In this document: positions 54,560-61,911 of the stretch, one piece after another
Position numbering within the stretch: the first letter of the stretch is position 1
Layout: each line of letters opens with the position of its first letter
The notes under the pieces: generated by a model
Told to the model about the DNA's origin: nothing
Seen by the model: the letters and a program-made list of their open reading frames with translations, nothing else
Database searches by the model: none
Translations under genes and position numbers: made by a program
Origin: Gemmatimonadota bacterium
GTDB taxonomy: Bacteria; 4572-55; J002
Reading direction: 5' to 3'
DNA length: 64,000 nt
NCBI GenBank assembly: GCA_003697105.1
Contig: RFFQ01000003.1
Location: forward strand, 4,235-68,234

Positions 54560-55546
54560 ATGGACTTATCCACAACGTACATGGGTTTAAAACTGAAAAA
54601 CCCGCTGGTGGTGAGCAGTTCCCCAATTACCGCAAAGATTGAAACCATTTGGGAATGCGCCGATCGTGGCGCGGGAGCAGTTGTCTTAAAATCCCTATTT
54701 GAGGAGCAAATCGTCGCTGAGATTAAGGCGCGGTTGAGTAAGGAAGAGATGTTCTTCTGGTATCCCGAAGCAATGGATCATGTGAGTACCATTTCCCGCG
54801 GACAAGGAGTCAAAAACTATTTGCGGTTGATCGAAAAAGCCAAACAACACACGAATATCCCGATCATTGCCAGTATCAACTGTATCACCCCCAACGAATG
54901 GACTTATATTGCCCGCGAACTCGAAAATTCCGGGGCGGATGGGTTGGAGTTGAATATCGGGAAATTAGCCTCCGATGATCAAGACCCCGGCGCCAAAACG
55001 GAGCGCTACATTGAAATTATTGAAGCCGTAAAAACCGAGGTTAAACTGCCCATTGCCGTCAAGATTGGACCCTACTTCTCCAATCTGACTTACACCGTGA
55101 ACAAACTGTGCCACTCTGGGATTAACGCGGTGGTGTTGTTCAATCGATTTTACCGCCCAGATATCGACATCAACAAGCTCACCTTAATCGAATCCAGCGC
55201 ATTAAGCGCCCCAGAGGAACTCTTACAATCCCTGCGCTGGATTGCGCTCCTTTCCAACAAGGTGGAATGTGATCTGGCCGCCTCGACCGGCATCCATGAT
55301 TATGATGGCGTAGTCAAACAACTGCTTGCCGGCGCCAACGCAACGTATCTGTGTACCACGTTACTCAAAAACGGGATCGATTACCTCCAGACGATATTGA
55401 TCGGGTTGGAACGCTGGATGGCACAACACAACTTTGAAACCATCAGCGAATTCAAAGGGCTGATCAGCAAGCGCCATAACCTAACCCCAGAATTTGTGCG
55501 GGTGCAATACATGAAAAAATCCACCGAAGAGGTGGCGTTGTACTAA
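54560..55546 (+). CDS. Dihydroorotate-dehydrogenase-family (class 1 DHOD/DPD-like) TIM-barrel flavoprotein
   Basis: 328 aa: GLKLKNPLVVSSSPIT ... VVLKSL ... ASINC ... GADGLELNIG ... IAVKIGP ... GINAVVLFNRF matches the PyrD class-1 / PreA-like fold. It follows hoxH after a 94-bp spacer and has an AAAGGAG RBS. Confidence 0.65.
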   Translation: MDLSTTYMGLKLKNPLVVSSSPITAKIETIWECADRGAGAVVLKSLFEEQIVAEIKARLSKEEMFFWYPEAMDHVSTISRGQGVKNYLRLIEKAKQHTNIPIIASINCITPNEWTYIARELENSGADGLELNIGKLASDDQDPGAKTERYIEIIEAVKTEVKLPIAVKIGPYFSNLTYTVNKLCHSGINAVVLFNRFYRPDIDINKLTLIESSALSAPEELLQSLRWIALLSNKVECDLAASTGIHDYDGVVKQLLAGANATYLCTTLLKNGIDYLQTILIGLERWMAQHNFETISEFKGLISKRHNLTPEFVRVQYMKKSTEEVALY

Positions 55547-55570
55547 ATTCGCACCCTGTACAGCATAGAA

Positions 55571-55612
55571 AAACCCCGTTGAGGAGTGAATCTTGCCTCA
55601 ACGGGGTTTTTT
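55571..55612. terminator. Bidirectional rho-independent terminator between convergent DHOD-like and osmC genes
   Basis: AAAACCCCGTTGAGG-agtgaatcttg-CCTCAACGGGGTTTTTT. The perfect 11-bp GC-rich stem is flanked by an A-run and a T-run. Confidence 0.75.
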
Positions 55613-55622
55613 GTGGTATGGG

Positions 55623-56030
55623 TTACTCGGCTTCGCTAATTTGATAAGAACTGGTGATTGTTGCCGCCTTACCCAACATGGCACTTGCTGAGCAGTAGGC
55701 GGTTTCAGAGAGTTCAATCGCGCGTTCAACAGCTTTTTCACTGATTTCCTTGCCGGTAATGTGATATTCAATGTGAATATCCGTATAAATTTTGGGGTGA
55801 TTTTCTGCCCGTTTTCCTGAGACGCTCACCCGGAAATCGGTCACATGCTGCCGTTTTTTCTGCAGGATCGAGATCACATCCATCGCGGTGCATCCGGCTA
55901 GCCCCACCAGCAACATCTCCAGTGGGCGAGCACCGGCACCATCGGGACCATCCAGCACAATCCCGTGCCCAGAACCCGTTTGCGCCAGAAATTGCAACCC
56001 TTCCATCCATTTGACTTCTACGTTTGACAT
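55623..56030 (-). CDS. OsmC/Ohr-family peroxiredoxin-like protein
   Basis: The start was refined to the ATG at 56030 (MSNVEVKWMEG...), which is preceded by a GGAGAGGAG RBS. OsmC-family motifs are present (GAGARPLEMLLVGLAGCTAMDVISIL and ETAYCSASAML). Confidence 0.7.
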   Translation of the reverse strand: MSNVEVKWMEGLQFLAQTGSGHGIVLDGPDGAGARPLEMLLVGLAGCTAMDVISILQKKRQHVTDFRVSVSGKRAENHPKIYTDIHIEYHITGKEISEKAVERAIELSETAYCSASAMLGKAATITSSYQISEAE

Positions 56031-56283
56031 AACTCCTCTCCTTGATAGAGTTAAGTAGTGATGATTATCCGTTTGTAATTGGGCATCGATGGATGATGTC
56101 ACTCATCGCCCCAACGATCCCGATCTGCATCTGCTCCAGTAAACCAAAGATGTAGTCATAATAACCTCCTAATGTAATGAAGTGTGTAGTTATTTTCTTA
56201 ACTATGTAATGAAATTTACCCAAATGGATTTCATTCTCACCGAGTAAACACGGAAAAATCAACAGAAAAGTCAACCCTAATCA

Positions 56284-56312
56284 AATAAAAAACCCGGAGA
56301 ATCTGACGGGTT
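56284..56312 (-). terminator. Rho-independent terminator downstream of the FadL-family gene
   Basis: Minus strand: AACCCG-tcagattctc-CGGGTT, followed by UUUUUAUUU. Confidence 0.5.
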
Positions 56313-56341
56313 CAATATTCATTCTATGTTGTAGAATCAGA

Positions 56342-57910
56342 TTAAAACCGAAGTGTACCAGACATATGCACGACATCTTCACCGAGTTCATTGGTACAAC
56401 TATTGTACTCGTTGGCGATAGTAGAACCATTAGACTCCAGTTCGTTAGCAAAGACCTTTTCGTAAGCCATATCAACTTGAAACATACCGTTGAAATTATA
56501 TCCCAAACCAAATGTTAGATGGTTCTCGACGATTGCCGGAAAAATTGGAATCACCGTTTCCGCGGGTACCGGATTTTTGGCATAATTAAACCCGGTGCGC
56601 ACTGCCAGATTTGGGGTAGCCCAGAATTCCAGCCCCATAGCAACCACCAGTTGATTATCCCAGTTCATGGGCATTTCCAACGTCATGCTGCCATCTGGTG
56701 TACCCATCATAGTGTTGATATTAGAATTATCTCCGTTGGAAAAGTGCATCACAAATTCTTTCATGGTATCTTCCCAATTGATCCAGTGGACATCGGTGGC
56801 GATAATCAAGCGATCATTGGGGGCATATGCCACCCCAAAACCAAATTCCTGAGGCCAGGAAAAGTCAATATCAACATCGTACATGGCTTTCATGCCAAGG
56901 CTCATATCAATCCCCATATCACTTAATTGCTGCATGACACCTTGCTGCGCCATTTGTAATTCCTGTTCGGTCGGATTCATCGGGTCTTGCACCACTCCAT
57001 CTTGCGACATTTGCACTAATGCACCCATCACCATCCGTTCGTAGGCATTATTGAATTGAGCAGTCATATCCATGCCAGCTTCCCCGGAAAAATCCAACGT
57101 GGATTTCATGGTATAGCTGGCGCCCACGCGAAGTTTATCTGTCACTTTGTACTGAATTCCCAGTTTCCCGCCCCAACCGGTGGCGGTAACAGCATCGTCC
57201 ATATCTGCATACGCAGTAACTTCATCAAAGTCTAAACCGCCTTGTTCCATCGGCGCACCAAACATATCACCAAAAGTCATTCCATTTCCGCCGGGCACTT
57301 CACCCAGCATCGCACTCGGTGGCAGGCTGTACGGCATCTACATTTCCATTTGGGCATAGCCAAAATTGAGTGCAAAACCGATAGAAAAATCAGGTGTAAA
57401 TTGATACGCTACCGTCGGAGCAAGCTTCATGTAGCCAATATTAGAGTGGTATTCCTGACCCACATGATCATCCTGTGTGGTTGGATTTCCATCAGACGCA
57501 CAAAAGATATCGTGCTTAACATCATTATAGGTTGCCCCCATCCCTCCTTGGGCATAAAAGCCAATACCAAATGCGAACTTGCTATCCGCCTGATTGTAAA
57601 CATAGCCAAACGATGGTAGTGGAAAGGTTTCGCTGTCCGCATCAAGATTGTTCAATTCGTTTTCAAAATGAACGGAAGGCATCAACAAACCAAGGCTCAA
57701 ATCCAGTTGTTGACCGGTAATGGTGCTAATCCCGGCAGGGTTGGTATTCATCAAATGAGTGTCATTATTCATAGCGAAAGATGCGCCGCCCATCGCTGAC
57801 ATTCGTGCGCCGTAGCCAATCATATTCATCCCGTTAGTTGCAAAAGCAGTCTGAACCGTGAAAAGTAAGACAATGACAAGAATTGCAACCGATACAACTC
57901 GTGAGTTCAT
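56342..57910 (-). pseudogene. FadL/TodX-family outer-membrane transport protein interrupted by an in-frame TAG (57338-57340)
   Basis: The ORFs 57338..57910 and 56342..57337 are in the same frame and contiguous (...GYAQMEM-TAG-MPYSLPP...). The N-terminus has a signal peptide and the FadL NPAG motif (TNPAGISTI). The C-terminus ends in the beta-barrel signature ...SGTLRF. Total length is about 521 aa. Confidence 0.55.
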
Positions 57911-58088
57911 TATAAACTCCTCTCTGTAGAGTAAGATATGAATAAATGTGTATGTTACTACTTCGATAAAACGATATAAACGTAATTCAGTTCACTGCTA
58001 AGGAATAAGAATCAATTAACGTTCCGTATCATTGCAAGCGACCGTATCAGGACAATGCCTCGCAATGACCGTTTCTCAACACCTGTTC

Positions 58089-58562
58089 CTAAGTAAAAAT
58101 AATCGAAGCCCCTTGAGATTTTTCATAAAATTCGCCGACAGTGATAATATCATCCACTTCATCACAAAAATCGTCCTTTGTCAGGTGGAACATTTCCACT
58201 GTTGCTTTGCAGGCATAGATTTCAGCCCCGGAATCATGGATCATTTCCAAAAATTCACTCACCGGTGGAATATCCAGTTTGTCCATCTCTTTTTTCATCA
58301 TGGCGGTTGCCAGTGCCGACATCCCCGGCATCATCCCAATGAGTGTTGGGATATGCAGCGCCGGATTGCCAACGGTGGCAACTTTCAGGTGATCCATCCG
58401 TTTCCGAATGATTGCATCCAGCCCGAAAAAGGTGAAAAACAGATTGGCTTCGATCCCTTCCATCCGGGCACCATTTGCCATAATCAAACCCGGATAGACC
58501 CCCTCTAACGATCCCTTCGACACAATAATTGAGACCTTCTCAATTGCACCATTTTCTGCCAT
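58089..58562 (-). CDS. DsrE/DsrF-like (TusD-like) sulfur-relay family protein
   Basis: The start was refined to the ATG at 58562, which has a GGAGGA RBS and gives MAENGAIEKVSIIVSKGSLEG.... It has a DsrE-like fold pattern with a conserved Cys (EIYACKATVEMF). Confidence 0.55.
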   Translation of the reverse strand: MAENGAIEKVSIIVSKGSLEGVYPGLIMANGARMEGIEANLFFTFFGLDAIIRKRMDHLKVATVGNPALHIPTLIGMMPGMSALATAMMKKEMDKLDIPPVSEFLEMIHDSGAEIYACKATVEMFHLTKDDFCDEVDDIITVGEFYEKSQGASIIFT

Positions 58563-58625
58563 GGTTGAATCCTCCATTAACGTGGAAAACAAAAACAGAC
58601 TCCGCGGAATCTGTTCACTCAAATA

Positions 58626-58943
58626 TTAGACACATCCTTTTGGTTTACCTAAACCAGCCGCTTTAGCCGCTTTTTTCGCCGGACCCTTCGGAAAAAGATC
58701 ATACAACTCTTTTGTAGGAATCCCACCTTGATTTTTAATACGCCGCATGGTCGGAATTTGTCCTTTTTCAAAGAAATCCGAGCGCATAAAATGGATAACC
58801 TTCCAATGTCGTTCGGTCAATTCATCAATACCTTCTTCTTTGGCGAGTTCTGGCGCCATTTCTTCCGTCCAATCTTCTGGATTGACTAAAAATCCATCGG
58901 CATCGACTTCTACGGTTTTACCGGCATACGTTTTAGTAGGCAT
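58626..58943 (-). CDS. TusE/DsrC-family sulfur-relay protein (single C-terminal Cys)
   Basis: 105 aa ending ...GKPKGCV, the family's penultimate-Cys terminus. Only one of the two DsrC cysteines is present, so it is the TusE-like type. Confidence 0.65.
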   Translation of the reverse strand: MPTKTYAGKTVEVDADGFLVNPEDWTEEMAPELAKEEGIDELTERHWKVIHFMRSDFFEKGQIPTMRRIKNQGGIPTKELYDLFPKGPAKKAAKAAGLGKPKGCV

Positions 58944-58955
58944 GGTGTAATCTCC

Positions 58956-59684
58956 TTAATGTGAGTTAGAATGAGTGTTAGAATGAGTTACGTGGGTTGG
59001 GTGATGATGACCCAGCCCTTTTAATACATGGATTAAAACCGTCAGTCCCCGTTTCACTTCCGGATCGCCCATTTGCTTGAGCAGACCCACGGTGGATATT
59101 TTTTCGTGTTCTACCGTTTCTTCAGCTTCCCGGTAGAGTTCCGCAATGGTATCTGCCGTTTCGATCATATCCGGTTGGGTGTAGTTCCGAATAGTATTAA
59201 GGATCGAAACAATATTTTGGCGCAATAACCGCACATCTTGTGGTGTAAAGTTTGTTACGATTTCATCGAAAATCTGTACGGATTCTCGCAAGAATTCAAA
59301 ATAGCCTTTGCGGTCAAATTCATCGAGGATTTCCAACCACTCGTTGAACATCTGTTTGCTGAGTGGTTTTAAATCTTCAAACAGATCGGCAGCACTTTCC
59401 ACCTGATCCAGCATGTGAGTCAGATTACGAGTATTGCGCAGTAACTTTTTACCAAGGAAGATCAAATCCGCCGTATCAAAATACCCGGCAACATCATCAA
59501 GTTCCTCAATAGCCGCATTGAAAGCATCTTTGCCGATCAGGGTCAAATCTGCCTGAAGTTCCTTCAATTCGCGTTTGCGGCGTTGTTCCTGCCGGATGTA
59601 ATCCATAATCACATCCAACTTTTGGTTGATGCCAGCCAACACATCACTTTGGGTTAATTGCTGATCGAATGTGGTCTGTTCCAT
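58956..59684 (-). CDS. DUF1641-domain protein with His-rich C-terminus
   Basis: 242-aa helical protein ending HHHPTHVTHSNTHSNSH, immediately downstream of the SQR-like flavoprotein (4-nt gap). This is the usual genomic partner of DUF1641. Confidence 0.55.
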   Translation of the reverse strand: MEQTTFDQQLTQSDVLAGINQKLDVIMDYIRQEQRRKRELKELQADLTLIGKDAFNAAIEELDDVAGYFDTADLIFLGKKLLRNTRNLTHMLDQVESAADLFEDLKPLSKQMFNEWLEILDEFDRKGYFEFLRESVQIFDEIVTNFTPQDVRLLRQNIVSILNTIRNYTQPDMIETADTIAELYREAEETVEHEKISTVGLLKQMGDPEVKRGLTVLIHVLKGLGHHHPTHVTHSNTHSNSH

Positions 59685-59687
59685 CGG

Positions 59688-60920
59688 TTACCCCCTTTTC
59701 TTGCCCGCCATGAGCATTTGGGATTCAATCGGGAGTTCTGCCCCTTTCAGAAGAAGATTCCAGTACACCCAACGGAAGGTCATCTTGCCCCAGTGATTCA
59801 TACGCGTTTCCTGTAGCAATGAAAACGGACCCACACCCGGCAAGGGGAACTTGCCCGGTAGCGGTTCGACATCATAATTAAAATCAATTAAAATCCCCTT
59901 ACCGAATCCAGATTCGATAAAACAGTTGGCATGTCCATCAAAAGCCGGTTTCGGTTCGCGTCCTTCAATCACCCGGAGAAAATTATCAAAGAGGACTTCC
60001 GCTTCAAAGTGGGCAACCGAACCCGCTTTGGAGCTCGGCAAATCGGTCGCATCCCCCAGTACAAAAATATTTTCATATGCTTTCGAGCGCAGGGTATGCT
60101 TATCGGTCGGGATGAAGTTCAGGTCATCGCCTAAGCCGGAATCGCCGATAACCTCCGCGCCCATATTCGTGGGGATCGGCACCAGCAGGTCATAATCAAC
60201 TTCCCGGTCATCCCATGAGATAATTTTGTTGGCAGAACTATCAACACGACCTGTGCTGAAATCAGTGGTTAATCGAATATTCTTCTTTTCCAGAAACTGC
60301 CCAAGGTATTTTGCCGCAATGGGCTTGGTAAAAGCACTTTCCAGCGGTGTTACCAACTCGATTTCGACCTTATCCCGTATCCCTTGCTCTGTAAACCACC
60401 AATCGGCAAGAAAAACAAATTCCAATGGTGCAACTGGGCATTTGATCGGCATTTCCACAATGTTGACTACCAGTTTACCACCTTCCCAATGCTTGAGTTT
60501 ATTAGCCAGTGCCACCGCACCCTCGACGGTATAAAAGTCAAAAATATTTTCGCGCCAACCCCCGTTGACCATACCTTCGGTCTCTTCCGGGTGAATGTGA
60601 CTACCGGTGGCAATTATCAGATAGTCGTATTCCAGCACCTTCCCATTTGCCAGCTTGACTTTGTTCTCGTCAGGCAAAATGCCTTCAATAGGAGAAATAA
60701 TGACCTCCACACCCGCCGGAAAAAAATCTCGACGCGGCTTGATAACATCCTGTCGGGTATAAATCCCAAACGGAATAAAGAGAAAACCGGGCTGGTAATA
60801 GTGCTGTTCATGCTGATCGACAATGGTGAGGTGCCAATCGTTGGCATCCAGAACAGGTGCCAGTTTGTTAACCATCATGGTACCGGCGGTTCCTCCGCCT
60901 AAAATCAGTAATTTTTTCAT
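59688..60920 (-). CDS. Sulfide:quinone oxidoreductase-like FAD-dependent pyridine-nucleotide disulfide oxidoreductase
   Basis: 410 aa with an N-terminal FAD fingerprint (KKLLILGGGTAGTMMVNKL), a second Rossmann segment (LIIATGS), and a Cys-containing active region (KCPVAPLEF). Confidence 0.65.
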   Translation of the reverse strand: MKKLLILGGGTAGTMMVNKLAPVLDANDWHLTIVDQHEQHYYQPGFLFIPFGIYTRQDVIKPRRDFFPAGVEVIISPIEGILPDENKVKLANGKVLEYDYLIIATGSHIHPEETEGMVNGGWRENIFDFYTVEGAVALANKLKHWEGGKLVVNIVEMPIKCPVAPLEFVFLADWWFTEQGIRDKVEIELVTPLESAFTKPIAAKYLGQFLEKKNIRLTTDFSTGRVDSSANKIISWDDREVDYDLLVPIPTNMGAEVIGDSGLGDDLNFIPTDKHTLRSKAYENIFVLGDATDLPSSKAGSVAHFEAEVLFDNFLRVIEGREPKPAFDGHANCFIESGFGKGILIDFNYDVEPLPGKFPLPGVGPFSLLQETRMNHWGKMTFRWVYWNLLLKGAELPIESQMLMAGKKRG

Positions 60921-60989
60921 GAGACCTTCCTTTATAAATAGATAAAAATAATAATATAGTTATTTATAAACTAAAATGTTAAAAAAAAT

Positions 60990-61760
60990 TTACGTATGCG
61001 TTAGTTTAGCAATTTGCTGAAACCGGTGAATAAACTGAAACCGCTCTTCAGCAATATGGTTAAAGGTTTGGGCAACTTTTTTAAGCCAATCTGCCAGATG
61101 GAGGCATTTTCGCTCTCCTAGTACCGGAATGTTGGAGGAGAATGCTTTCAATTCGGTGGTGTCCAATTGGTGTTGGTCCGCGATCTGCTCCACATGAGTG
61201 GTAAATAGTTCCGCATCCGGCGCGACATCGTGAAATTGTCCAGCAATCAGCATTGCCACAGGTTTTTGATTCAATTGGATGTGAACCCGCGCATATTTTA
61301 ATCCGGCATGGCAGGTCATCAATTCCGGTTCCGTACCGGGTTGCCGGGCAATTTGCTGCCATGCGGCTAAGCACCTTTCGTATCCCGATTTCTTGGACAT
61401 TATCCGCCGGCAAAATTCAGAGCAGTTGCTAATCTCAGATAAGGGCGTTCCAGCAAGATCGGTGGTAAGCACCCCAATTTCCGCGATCTCCGCAAATACA
61501 TCCTGGATCGGCTTGATGCAATGAAGTGGGATAATTTCAGTGGTTTTAACCGGTGGCGGGGTGCTTTCTCTGGTGGAAGTTCCACGCGCGTTGGGTGCTG
61601 CTTGTCCAGAGATCAATTCCTGTACTTTGCTACGCGGAAAGCGCCACTGATTACCCACTTTCACGCCAACCAATCGCCCATCATTCAGCATTCGGTAGAT
61701 CGTCGTCCGGTCCACTTTCAGCAATTCAATAACTTTTTTGGTGGTCAGTAATTCATCCAT
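60990..61760 (-). CDS. Transcriptional regulator: excisionase/MerR-like HTH plus PocR-like sensory domain
   Basis: The N-terminal LLTTKKVIELLKVDRTTIYRMLNDGRLVGVKVGNQWRF is an HTH_17-type helix-turn-helix. The C-terminal 180 aa carry spaced Cys and His residues (NCSEFCR ... CHAGL). Confidence 0.5.
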   Translation of the reverse strand: MDELLTTKKVIELLKVDRTTIYRMLNDGRLVGVKVGNQWRFPRSKVQELISGQAAPNARGTSTRESTPPPVKTTEIIPLHCIKPIQDVFAEIAEIGVLTTDLAGTPLSEISNCSEFCRRIMSKKSGYERCLAAWQQIARQPGTEPELMTCHAGLKYARVHIQLNQKPVAMLIAGQFHDVAPDAELFTTHVEQIADQHQLDTTELKAFSSNIPVLGERKCLHLADWLKKVAQTFNHIAEERFQFIHRFQQIAKLTHT

Positions 61761-61776
61761 GTGACCCTCTGGTGCA

Positions 61777-61788
61777 ATAGTATACTAT
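61777..61788. promoter_or_regulatory. Perfect 12-bp palindrome ATAGTATACTAT 17 nt upstream of the regulator start codon (candidate -10 element or operator)
   Basis: The sequence is self-complementary. On the minus strand it contains TATACT and TATAGT hexamers, followed by an AGAGGG RBS and the ATG. Confidence 0.3.
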
Positions 61789-61854
61789 AATATGCGATAG
61801 CATAAATTAAATATAAATATATATACTTGTCAATATAAAAAGAACATATTTAGG

Positions 61855-61892
61855 CAAAAAAAATACCGCCCGGATGGTTATCCGAACGGTAT
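61855..61892 (-). terminator. Rho-independent terminator downstream of the 3' sensor kinase gene
   Basis: Minus strand: ATACCG-(18-nt loop with internal CCGGAT/ATCCG pairing)-CGGTAT, followed by a 9-U run. Confidence 0.6.
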
Positions 61893-61911
61893 TCTGGCAC
61901 GATGAAGCCAC

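Noticed and set aside
57338-57340. In-frame TAG in the FadL-family gene as pyrrolysine
   Set aside because: No pyl genes or other TAG-interrupted genes are seen in the window, and the context is an outer-membrane beta-barrel, not a methyltransferase. A nonsense mutation or sequencing error is much more likely.
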